DNA of 62,934 nucleotides, the filler included, from Lenisia limosa (taxonomy: Eukaryota > Protista > Breviatea): NCBI GenBank assembly GCA_001655205.1. It is 14 parts of 14 records of this genome, joined end to end, with 100 filler letters (N's around TTAATTAATTAA, not from the genome) between each part and the next. Parts side by side here need not be neighbours in the genome. Positions count along the whole stretch, not along the records: positions 41,442 to 53,998 come from LPNZ01005969.1; positions 54,099 to 55,449 come from LPNZ01005523.1; positions 55,550 to 59,163 come from LPNZ01010533.1; positions 59,264 to 61,546 come from LPNZ01011278.1; 10 more parts are not named here. One strand, written 5' to 3'. The notes below the pieces were generated by a model. That model saw only the letters and a list, made by a program, of their open reading frames with translations, had not been told where the DNA came from and did not search any database. Each line of letters opens with the position of its first letter. Within the stretch, counting starts at the first letter, position 1. Of the stretch, positions 49,201 through 59,534 are shown in pieces. The translations under genes and the position numbers were made by a program.

Positions 49201-49823
49201 TTCAGAGATTCTATCAGGGATTACTTCAAATCATGAAATGTAACATGGATTGCAAAGAGAAATAACTATCAACACCTTCACTTAACCTACAGCAAAGATT
49301 TTGCCAGAGATCGTTCAACAGTCAAAGAAATGTTTTCTTGAAGAGAAGCCATGGTCTTCACAATTGAACTCTGGCCTATGGACAAATCAGTGCCTGATGA
49401 ACAAACCTGAAATAAAGATAATGGCAAACACAAGGCAGCAAGACAGCATGACAGACATTGTCATTATAATGGCCATTGCCTGTCCCACTGAAAGAAGTCC
49501 ACTGATTTGCTGGTCCCTAAAGCCGATCAACACACATGAGGCCTACCCTGAGTGTCCATCAGGGGCTGATTTAGGCTTGTCCCAAAAAAAAGACTGGCCT
49601 TTCGAACTGACGACATCATCCTCAAGATCAGAGATTGGTGTTGGCGGAGGTTTTGGTCGCGTGAACTGGCGGGGTAAATCCGAGAGGGGAGGAGGGGATG
49701 AACTGTTCTCAAGAAATATAAACTCACGGTTACTGCTTTATTATGGGGCAAAATTTGCTCATGAAAGGTTGGGGAATCGTCAATAGTTAGTTCTCGGCTA
49801 GTAGGCCTCTTCTGACCCATCAT
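46211..49823 (-). CDS. Transmembrane receptor-type class III nucleotide cyclase homologue with an extracellular dCache-like domain
   Basis: N-terminal [25 protein letters not shown]; Cache-like [50 protein letters not shown]; cyclase motifs [61 protein letters not shown]. Many short introns; the 3' end is uncertain. Confidence 0.88.
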
Positions 49824-50177
49824 TGGGTGTTTTGTATAAGGTTCTTCTTTTGGTGTTGGATATAAGCGTATTTATATCAGATGTTATTAAATATACGACA
49901 AAACTGAGAAAAGGTGGAAAAGGGTGAAAGAGGCAAGGGGGCTGTGGGGGCTGCGAAAAGGGTTCCCTGGACGCCGGCGGGATATTCTCTGAAAATTTGG
50001 TCCCTTCCAATTTCAGCCCCGGGAAAAGGGGGCAAAGGGTAAAATGGACCTGTAGCAACGTGCTTTCCTCAAAAGGAAAGTTTCAAACAGGAAAGCCCAA
50101 CCCTTTTTGCATCTCCCATCCTATTTTTTGGGTGTTGTTGTTTGTTTTTTTGTGCTTTTTTTAGCTTAGAGAGTAAA

Positions 50178-52157
50178 ATGATTGGCTTTAAGCAACTTTT
50201 GGTTTTTGTCCTTTTATGGGCACTTACCTTTGCCCAATGTCCCAACACAAGTGACACAGTTTGTGTTGATAAATGCTGCAGTAGATTGCACGAATGTGAA
50301 ATGACTGTTATTGCAGGAAATCGTGTTGGACTCTGTACAGTTGTTCCCAACAATTGCCCAAGTGGAACGTCCAAATGCAACACTGAGTGCTGTACTTCAT
50401 CTCAAATTTGTGACAATGGAATTTGCGAAGAGTCTAATCCCTGTTCTTCTGGCCTTCCAAGGTGTGGTGGGGTTTGTTGTTCTTCAAGTCAAACTTGTTC
50501 TAATAATGTTTGTGTTTCTACTTCTCAATGCCCATCTGGCCAAACTGAGTGTGGCTCAAACTGTTGTACTTCTTCTCAAACCTGTTCAAATGGAATCTGC
50601 ATTACTCCTTCTCAATGCCCATCTGGCCAAACTGAGTGCGGCTCAAACTGTTGCACTTCTTCTCAAACATGTTCAAATGGAATCTGCATTACTCCTTCTC
50701 AATGCCCATCTGGCCAAACTGAGTGTGGCTCAAACTGTTGCACTTCTTCTCAAACTTGCACTGGTGGTATTTGTGTTGATTTAGGGAACTGCCCACAGAA
50801 TCATGTTGAATGTGGTAACGAATGCTGCAGATCTTCAACCCATTTCTGCTCAGGCAACACCTGTGTTGCACGCCCTCGTGTTTGTGACACTGGTTTCTTC
50901 CAATGTGATGCTTCATGCTGCAACTCTGCAACCCATGAATGTGTTAATAAGCAGTGTGTTGTCAAGGGTGGCTCTCAATGTGACCCGGATGAAACTGAAT
51001 GTGGAAATGACTGTTGCTCTGCTGATGAAACCTGTGAAAATGGCATCTGTGTAATTGGACAACAAACTTGCCCTACAGGACAGACTGAATGTGGTGATGA
51101 CTGTTGCACCTCTTCAGAGCAATGTCTCAACGGGGTATGCACTATTGTTAATCCTACGTGTTCTACTGGTCAAACCATTTGCGGCAGCCAATGTTGCACC
51201 TCATCTGAGACTTGCGTGGATAATATGTGCATTCCTCAGGGAACTTGCCCAACTCACTTCACCTCCTGTGGCAGCTTCTGCTGCCAGGATGCATTCTATA
51301 CCTGTTCTGGTGCAAAGTGCGTAGCTCGTCCTCGTATTTGTCCCACTGACCACTTCCAATGCGACAGACACTGCTGCGACTCTGTTACTGAAATGTGTGT
51401 TAACAATGAGTGTGTGGCGAAGGGTGATGGGTGTACTTCAGGCTCAACTGAGTGCGGAACAGACTGCTGCGAATCCAACGAAGTTTGCATTGATGGTGAG
51501 TGCATTGTGCCTACCCAGTGTCCTGGTCCCCAGGTCTGTGGTGATGACTGCTGCACTACCGACCAGGAATGTATCAATGGACAATGTGTTAATCCTACAA
51601 CATGCCCAGTTGGTGAAATAACATGTGCAGAAGATTGCTGTGACTCCACTGAGCTCTGTCTCAACAACGTTTGTGTTCCCAAACAAGACACTTGCCCAAC
51701 CAATTGGGTTGCCTGTGGTGAAGGTAACTGTTGCAGACACTCCACCCACTTCTGCCGTAATGATGAGTGTGTTGCACGCCCTCGTGTTTGTGACACTGGT
51801 TTCTTCCAATGTGATGCTTCCTGCTGCAACTCTGCAACCCATGAGTGTGTTAATAAGCAGTGTGTTGTCAAGGGTGGCTCTCAATGTGACCCGGATGAAA
51901 CTGAATGTGGAAATGACTGTTGCTCTGCTGATGAAACCTGTGAAAATGGCATCTGTGTAATTGGACAACAAACTTGCCCTACTCATTGGACCCAATGTTC
52001 TGATGACTGTTGCAGACACTCCACCCACTTTTGCCGTAATGATGAGTGTATTGCACGCCCTCGTGTTTGTGACACTGGTTTCTTCCAATGTGATGCTTCA
52101 TGCTGCAACTCTACAACCCATGAATGTGTTAATAAGCAGTGTATTGTCAAAGCTTAA
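50178..52157 (+). CDS. Secreted cysteine-rich repeat protein (about 660 aa), intronless
   Basis: Signal peptide MIGFKQLLVFVLLWALTFA, then about 30 repeats of C-x6-C-x3-CC-x5-C-x4-C (e.g. CPSGQTECGSNCCTSSQTCSNGIC). No TM or obvious GPI tail; TAA at 52155-52157. Confidence 0.93.
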   Translation: MIGFKQLLVFVLLWALTFAQCPNTSDTVCVDKCCSRLHECEMTVIAGNRVGLCTVVPNNCPSGTSKCNTECCTSSQICDNGICEESNPCSSGLPRCGGVCCSSSQTCSNNVCVSTSQCPSGQTECGSNCCTSSQTCSNGICITPSQCPSGQTECGSNCCTSSQTCSNGICITPSQCPSGQTECGSNCCTSSQTCTGGICVDLGNCPQNHVECGNECCRSSTHFCSGNTCVARPRVCDTGFFQCDASCCNSATHECVNKQCVVKGGSQCDPDETECGNDCCSADETCENGICVIGQQTCPTGQTECGDDCCTSSEQCLNGVCTIVNPTCSTGQTICGSQCCTSSETCVDNMCIPQGTCPTHFTSCGSFCCQDAFYTCSGAKCVARPRICPTDHFQCDRHCCDSVTEMCVNNECVAKGDGCTSGSTECGTDCCESNEVCIDGECIVPTQCPGPQVCGDDCCTTDQECINGQCVNPTTCPVGEITCAEDCCDSTELCLNNVCVPKQDTCPTNWVACGEGNCCRHSTHFCRNDECVARPRVCDTGFFQCDASCCNSATHECVNKQCVVKGGSQCDPDETECGNDCCSADETCENGICVIGQQTCPTHWTQCSDDCCRHSTHFCRNDECIARPRVCDTGFFQCDASCCNSTTHECVNKQCIVKA

Positions 52158-52811
52158 CCTTACAGCACCTTTCTTTTCAATGTAATAGCTCTATTTCTGA
52201 AATTTCATGTATCGTGTAATGTAAGCTGGGTTGGGGAGGGAAGTTGATGTGAACATACATATTTTGACATATGATATATTATCATTTTACTTGTTCCTGT
52301 ATCGAGTCTCACACTGCTCAGAGCAATTCTACATAGTCATTAACCTTTCAGTTGAGGAAGGACTCTCTTTTCAAGTCTTAACTTTGGCATCATGTATGAA
52401 ATCTCTTACTTTATTGGAAGTTCATTTTAAAGAATAATGCCGAAAATGGGTTTAGAGGTTTTATGTAAAAAGGTTTCACATAATACAAGTGAATTGAACT
52501 TTGAAATAGTCTCTCTATTTCTTCATAGAATCCAGAATCTGGTAGAATATGGTCAGCTGACCGACCATTTCATGCATAACCATTTGGTTTTTTGGATATG
52601 ACATTTTATCACACTCTTGCACCTAAATCGTGTTTTTAGACTCAGAAAATGAATAATAGAAAATAACCTGGAATAGAGCGGGAAACAACCATAGATACAC
52701 AAAACACAATCACAAACTATAACTCCTTATAGTAACATACAGGGCAAGGAATTTTAGGCATATTTTTCTCACTTGCTTCTCGGGCTTCACCACAACTGAG
52801 ACACGAAAGAC

Positions 52812-53948
52812 CTAGATAATGACATTAGGATACAAAAGAGACCTTGGCTCACTTGTTTGGAAGTTAAATGTCAACTTGGATCCTTGACATTCTTTATCAG
52901 AAGAGGAATGACCGCAGATACAGTCGGCAATTTGGATTTCGCAAACATCGCAAATGTTGTGAAGGTCACCACTGCTTCTAAAAGCTACAACTAAAAGATA
53001 ATAATAAAACCTACAACCTGCAAGCTTCATACTTTTGGCACAAGGCTTTGAAGAAAAAACTCCAATTTGATAAGGGTCGTCCTCTTTGACTTCTTCGACA
53101 GCTACAGAAGACTTCACTGCAGGCTCCTGAGAAGACGTGCAGGCCGGGCGTGTAACAAGACAGACGTCACAGTGATTTGACTCTTCATTGTTGGGCGTCA
53201 GACAAATAGGGCACATCCAGCCTTCCTCACTATACGACGGGGTCTCAGGAGTCACAGGTTGAACGCAAACGTCTTGATCTTGATCTGAAGCCGCCGGAGT
53301 GGGGGAGGTGCACAAATGGCCTGAGAAGTCTGGTTCTTTCTTGAGGCCGAAGTCGAAGTGTGGTGCGGGCGATGCGTCAAAGGAAAAGGCGGTGGTAGGA
53401 GGGGTGAAAGGGGAGGGCGTGAAGGGGGAAGATTTGGGGGTTGCAGTGGCGAATGAAAATGCTGTCTTCTTGGAAGTAGGCTCTTCTAAACAGTCAGAAA
53501 CTTTAAGTACAGATAATAATAATGATAATAATTCATTGTAAACCCGACCTTTCTTTTGATATTTTGGCTCGGGGATGCTTCCATCACACCGTCGAGACAA
53601 CGATGTGAACGGGGACGCGCCAAAGGCAGACGTCGCCTTGGTCGGAGGCATGGCAAAAGGATTCGAAACGGGCTTCTCCCAGCTCGGTGCGGCAAAGGGA
53701 TTTGCAGTCTCCTTCTCTTCAGCTCGAGCTAACGCAAATGCTGACGGCGTCTCTTTCTCTTGTTTCGGCTCCCATGTCATTTCAGACCCAGTCCTCTGAC
53801 CGAATTCAAATTCAAATTTGATTTTACTTTCTTCACCTTCCTGTTCATCTTCTTCTTCGTTCTTTAACTCTTCCTCTGTCAGAGCATTCTCCTCTTTGTT
53901 GTCTTCTTCTATAATCTCTTCTTCCTTTTCTTTAGGCTTGTTAACCAT
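52812..53948 (-). CDS. Nucleoporin-like protein with Phe-rich low-complexity repeats and a RanBP2-type zinc finger, partial
   Basis: Acidic region, then NPFA/SAFG/AFSF/FDFG-type motifs and WMCPICLTPNNEESNHCDVCLVTRP. The ORF-track frame reads through at least one intron (near 53490-53550). Confidence 0.65.
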   Translation of the reverse strand: MVNKPKEKEEEIIEEDNKEENALTEEELKNEEEDEQEGEESKIKFEFEFGQRTGSEMTWEPKQEKETPSAFALARAEEKETANPFAAPSWEKPVSNPFAMPPTKATSAFGASPFTSLSRRCDGSIPEPKYQKKGRVYNELLSLLLSVLKVSDCLEEPTSKKTAFSFATATPKSSPFTPSPFTPPTTAFSFDASPAPHFDFGLKKEPDFSGHLCTSPTPAASDQDQDVCVQPVTPETPSYSEEGWMCPICLTPNNEESNHCDVCLVTRPACTSSQEPAVKSSVAVEEVKEDDPYQIGVFSSKPCAKSMKLAGCRFYYYLLVVAFRSSGDLHNICDVCEIQIADCICGHSSSDKECQGSKLTFNFQTSEPRSLLYPNVII

Positions 53949-54098
53949 ACAAAGAGAGCAACTCAGCCCCGTGTTGACAGTTTCACAACAAGCACACTNN
54001 NNNNNNNNNNNNNNNNNNNNNNNNNNNNNNNNNNNNNNNNNNTTAATTAATTAANNNNNNNNNNNNNNNNNNNNNNNNNNNNNNNNNNNNNNNNNNNN

Positions 54099-55394
54099 AA
54101 GTTCGACTCGAGTATTCGGGCCGCCATAAAGAGCCATCAGGTTGATATGAAGCCCTTCAACAAGCAGCTTAACAAGCTCGAAGATCATATAAATGAGGTG
54201 CGTAATGATGGATTGCAGATTACTTATGTTATATTGGGTGAATTATTATTTTACTATAACCCTATAATGTCTCTTATAAGCTCCCCAGGTTCAANNNNNN
54301 NNNNNNNNNNNNNNNNNNNNNNNNNNNNNNNNNNNNNNNNNNNNNNNNNNNNNNNNNNNNNNNNNNNNNNNNNNNNNNNNNNNNNNNNNNNNNNNNNNNN
54401 NNNNNNNNNNNNNNNNNNNACTAGAAGTGAACTGAACTCCAGGCTGGAGGAAACGGAGGTATGCCGTACCGGGTTCGGGTTTGTGATTTGGAGTTTAGGT
54501 TTATGTTTTGGGAGTTTGTGGCTGGCAGGAGTACCTTCGTGAGACTAATTCATTAGCTCCATTTCAGGGGTACTAACAGACACTCTTACATTAAGTATGA
54601 TTATCATGAGGATAACAGTATAAGCAATTACTGAATCAATTTGCTCTGTGATTTCCCCAAAGAAAATCGGTCAAGCAAGACTTATCCCGATCACTGTACA
54701 CGTATTATAAAACAATTTCTGATTCTCAGTGGTATTTCTATTTGCTCAAATCAGGCTAATAACTTGTTCCAGGGGTACCTCCGTGAAACTAACGCGGCCA
54801 CAAAGGAGGAACTGTATAAGGCTATTTCAAGCAAAGCCCAGGAGGTTGGGGGGAGGGGAGTCACAAGTGTTTCAAGCCAACAGAGTTGATTATGGGCTTT
54901 GTTTATTAATTTTTTTTGTTTCCCAAATGATTTGGGGGTTTTCTCTTATTAATTTCCAATTTCACCCCCTCCGAAATAATATCCCCCCACTCCCTCACAG
55001 GTGACGAACGAGATGGAGGCGAACATGCTGGAGGATATGGCTGATGTGGGGAGTCATTTGAAGGAGGAGCTGACGATGCTGAGGGAGAGACTTCCAGAGG
55101 AGGTTTGTGAAAATTATCAAATTTTAGAGATTTTGGAGTGTACTCATGTATCTGATAGTGGTATTAGACGGCTGAATGTTTCTTATGTAGTATAATGGTA
55201 GTGACAGTCTATGAGAAGCTCATGTATCAAAAGTCTAGCTTTATCCAGCAGTGTTAACAGTCTAGATTTTGGAGATTATCCAGCCACAACTCGAGGAATC
55301 TCTGCCGGACAAGGTAGCTGACCATCTTAACGACAAATTGTGGCCGCAGATTAAGGAGGCTAGCAAAGAGACTGTTGAACTTATTATGGAGGAG
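54099..55394 (+). CDS. Coiled-coil protein, internal exons
   Basis: Exons KFDSSIRAAIKSHQVDMKPFNKQLNKLEDHINE / TRSELNSRLEETE / ANNLFQGYLRETNAATKEELYKAISSKAQE / VTNEMEANMLEDMADVGSHLKEELTMLRERLPEE / ILEIIQPQLEESLPDKVADHLNDKLWPQIKEASKETVELIMEE, with phase-0 donors. Confidence 0.75.
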
Positions 55395-55449
55395 GTAGGG
55401 GAACTTATTATGGAGGAGGCAGGGGAACTTATTATGGAGGAGGCAGGGG
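55377..55449 (+). repeat. Tandem repeat, 3 x 24 bp, spanning an exon end and splice donor
   Basis: GAACTTATTATGGAGGAGG(T/C)AGGG at 55377, 55401 and 55425. Confidence 0.9.
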
Positions 55450-55741
55450 NNNNNNNNNNNNNNNNNNNNNNNNNNNNNNNNNNNNNNNNNNNNTTAATTA
55501 ATTAANNNNNNNNNNNNNNNNNNNNNNNNNNNNNNNNNNNNNNNNNNNNGGCTGACCCATACCAGCCCATGGATTCCCCTCTCCCCTCTGCTCCTCCCCC
55601 AGGTTGACGAGGATTTTGTTATCTGGTTGTGATTTGGCCTTCCCTTTGGTCCGAAAAAGACCAGTTAAATATAACTTCATTTTTTGGGGGAACGATTCTG
55701 GGTTATTTTTGTTTTATAAAATCATCATTTTTACCTTTTCA

Positions 55742-55901
55742 GATGATGAAGCTCCTGCATACAGCCAAGTGATGAACGACGAGAAGATGGCAGCTCCGCC
55801 GATGGACGACCACTCCCCCGATATTGTGGAAGCGAAGAAGGCCGAGGCCAATTTGGATGACAACATGGATGAACCCCCTCCATCATACCCTGCTGATGAG
55901 T
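55742..55901 (+). CDS. Terminal exon of an unidentified gene (PPSY motif)
   Basis: Acceptor ttttcag, then DDEAPAYSQVMNDEKMAAPPMDDHSPDIVEAKKAEANLDDNMDEPPPSYPADE-TAG. Confidence 0.55.
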
Positions 55902-56485
55902 AGCTTGTATATTTCGCGATTTTGGGTTTTTTTTTTGACTTTTCGAAAGTGGGCTAGCTATGATAGATTTTGAAATGGTGTTCTAACTGAGGATGTTGAA
56001 ATAAGAAATAAAAAAATAGGTATTTGTTTTCCTTCACCAAAAATCACTCTCATATGCGACATTGGATTTTTGTTGATATACGGAATACAGAAATTAGTTA
56101 TGTTCAATCCTGTTGGGCACCATTAAAAAAGAAGACTGGGGGTAAGGGAGGCTGAGAGAAGGAATCCTTAACCCAAATCCAAAAGAAAAGACGAAGTGCA
56201 TTTTTGAGGACTCGTCTTTTATTTGTACAAAACAGTGTGGGGAACAATATTTTGAAATATTGGTGCAAATTTGCAGCAAATTTGAGAAATAATAATTGAA
56301 TATTAATATCAATAATCCAAATGGGATGAGATTTGGGAATATCAAGGAAGAATCTTCAAAACGCCCGCGCCGCCGCAAAACCCAATCATACAAATAAAAA
56401 TTGTAAAATTGTAAAATAAAATTAAACAAATAAGAATTGAAACAGCGTTTTGTTATTAGGAGCATAAGGCAGTTTTAGTTCAAGG

Positions 56486-58637
56486 ATGGAGGACAAAGAC
56501 TATGTCGAAGATGATGAACTCGAGCTTTCAGGCTCCGACGTTGAGTCTGAAGGATCAAATGACTCTGGTGTTGACCCAGATAGCGTGAGCAATGGGTGCG
56601 ATAGAGCCGTTTTAACAGCTATTGATGATGATTTTACGGTATTTAGGCCCTCATTGCTCCGATTCAAGCGGTCTTGAAAGGGCAGCTTCTGCAAACTCTT
56701 GAGAAGTCTGAGCTGGAGCTCCGTGAAAAGGTGAGTTCTCGGCTGTGATCCGTTAGAACAATGTTAACTATGTCTTTGTAGAGAGAAGCGGTGAAGAAGG
56801 CGGCAAAAGAGAGGGAGTCTGAAGGTGTAGCCCTCTATGCTGAGCAACAACAGCTAGCGCTTGCCCAGCTTCTTCTCGAGCGGCAACATGAGAACTATCT
56901 TGTCTTCCAGCGTGCTAGAACGGAAGCAGATGCAGCACTCGACAAAGCAAGCGACATTTACAAAACGAAGAAGTCGGACATTGCGGCCAAGACCAGTGCT
57001 TGTTTGAGGGCCTTCTGGGGGTTAAGAGTGGTGCTGGCTCTCTTTTGAGGCTTCTTAACTGAGCTATTGAAAGTTACCGGTTAGTTATTTGAAAGTGCTT
57101 TAATGCTTGCAATTGCTTGTGAACCTACTTGTTTTCTGCTTTGTTTTATTAATGGAGAAACGGAATTTTGTTCTTGTAATAAGCGAGGATTTTGTTCTTT
57201 AGTTGCTTCTTCTGAAGCTATGTGTAGTACTACTATTTTATTTGTCGATTCACTGTAAACATTCCGCTCTATTTTTCAATAGTATCAATGTTGGTTGAAA
57301 TTGCTACAACCCTGTGAAGTGATTTTGAAATTTAGCAGATAAGGGATAAGCCAGTTTTATTATACCGAAGGGATGGAGGGAATAATGATTTGACTAACAT
57401 AATTTTTTTTTTTTTTTTTTGAATTTGTTTTACATAAAATATAGAAGTAATACTTATTACATTTGTTATCTATGTATATGGGGAGCTATGAAGCATGTAG
57501 AAAGCTTTGTACACAAAATTAGAAGGCAAATAAATTTAATATACATCATGCAATATCTCTGATAAGCGTGATGGTGTGGACGGATTTGGCCGGATACAGT
57601 GTCACGTGTTTTGCTCCTCGTCATCCCACATATTTTCAAATTTTACTCCCCCCCCCCNNNNNNNNNNNNNNNNNNNNNNNNNNNNNNNNNNNNNNNNNNN
57701 NNNNNNNNNNNNNNNNNNNNNNNNNNNNNNNNNNNNNNNNNNNNNNNNNNNNNNNNNNNNNNNNNNNNNNNNNNNNNNNNNNNNNNNNNNNNNNNNNNNN
57801 NNNNNNNNNNNNNNNNNNNNNNNNNNNNNNNNNNNNNNNNNNNNNNNNNNNNNNNCACGCCAACTTGAGCAGTATAATGAGGAGGTGGGGGGGGGCACCG
57901 CGAAAGTTTATTAACTTTTTTTGTACATCTTTAAGAGTTAAACAATAAGTTTTGGCTGCATAGTGGGAGCTGGAGCTTACTTTTAGTTCCTTAAAGACGT
58001 ATAATTTATCGATATTTTTCGACAATTTTTTCACTCCCCACCCACNNNNNNNNNNNNNNNNNNNNNNNNNNNNNNNNNNNNNNNNNNNNNNNNNNNNNNN
58101 NNNNNNNNNNNNNNNNNNNNNNNNNNNNNNNNNNNNNNNNNNNNNNNNNNNNNNNNNNNNNNNNNNNNNNNNNNNNNNNNNNNNNNNNNNNNNNNNNNNN
58201 NNNNNNNNNNNAGAAGCCGCTACCGGCCTGGAGAAGCAGAAGGAAAAACAGGTGAGATGGGGGCTTCTTTCATTATTTCGACTCGGAGGCGGTCGTGCCG
58301 CTTGTGGATACGGAACACCAACATATTGTTTTGGTTTTTTCTTCCACAAGATATTCAGGAGTATCATATATCATAGGAACATATTTTTTTTTGACCCAGG
58401 ATTTATGATAAAATCCATTCGATTAGTGTCGGGGGTTTTTTTTTTACACGGTCAAGGACAGAATTCAGCAATATGAATGATATATGACGTGGTGGCTTCA
58501 GCCAGATAACCTTGTTTTGTATCTATGATGATCGTTTTTTTTTGTTTTTTTTTTTCACGATTTAGGACGACATTTTGGAGAGGCAACAGCAGCAAATCAG
58601 AGACTCAAACGAGCAATACGCTCTCATTGATGCGCAG
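56486..58637 (+). CDS. CCDC40: CCDC40/FAP172-like axonemal ruler protein, N-terminal part
   Basis: Acidic N-terminus, then ALIAPIQAVLKGQLLQTLEKSELELREK, KERESEGVALYAEQQQLALAQLLLERQHENY, RQLEQYNEE, EAATGLEKQKEKQ and DDILERQQQQIRDSNEQYALIDAQ, collinear with remembered CCDC40 motifs (GVNLYEVQQHL, YNEE, EKKKQDLY...LFEAQ). Confidence 0.8.
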
Positions 58638-59534
58638 GTATGGGGGTATAATACTAGTTTCCATTGATGCGCAGGTACGGGGGTATTTCTTCCCATTAAA
58701 ATTGTCGCAGTTTAAATGGTCTATTAATCAGAGTTTCAAAGACGAAAAAAGGCCCAAGTGTAACCATCTAGTGAATCAAAGAACTCTTTGGCAAATTACA
58801 TTTTTGAGGGGAGCTTGCTTTAGTAATTCTAACCTCGTGTGTTGTCTCACAGAGTTGATGTTGGGCGTTTTTTGTTTCATAGTATATCGATATTTTCTGT
58901 ATCCCTTTGGTGATATNNNNNNNNNNNNNNNNNNNNNNNNNNNNNNNNNNNNNNNNNNNNNNNNNNNNNNNNNNNNNNNNNNNNNNNNNNNNNNNNNNNN
59001 NNNNNNNNNNNNNNNNNNNNNNTGCACAGAGTTGTAAGGCAAGGGTGAATTAATATTATACTATAATCCAATATCACTTATAAGCGTGATGGTGTGGACT
59101 GTTTCGGCCAGATACATCCTTATTTTTTATTTCTCATTGCTATATATCTTCTACCCCCCCCCCNNNNNNNNNNNNNNNNNNNNNNNNNNNNNNNNNNNNN
59201 NNNNNNNTTAATTAATTAANNNNNNNNNNNNNNNNNNNNNNNNNNNNNNNNNNNNNNNNNNNNACCTGCGTAAGTATCATAGAAAGCTCTGTTCACAGAG
59301 TTGTAAAGCAATGTTTTAGTGAATTATTTTTATAATATGCATATAGTGTATTACAATCCAATATCTCTTATAACTTCGGCCAGATAGTATTAATCCAATA
59401 TCTCTTATAGCCGGCCCTGTTTTTGTATCTAAGTTCTCAATAAATCTTGGATAAATATCTATATTTTCCCGAGTTTTTTCGAATTGAAGTCAAGCCCTAG
59501 TCCCTGCATATTCGTTCTCTCTCTAACCCTGCAG

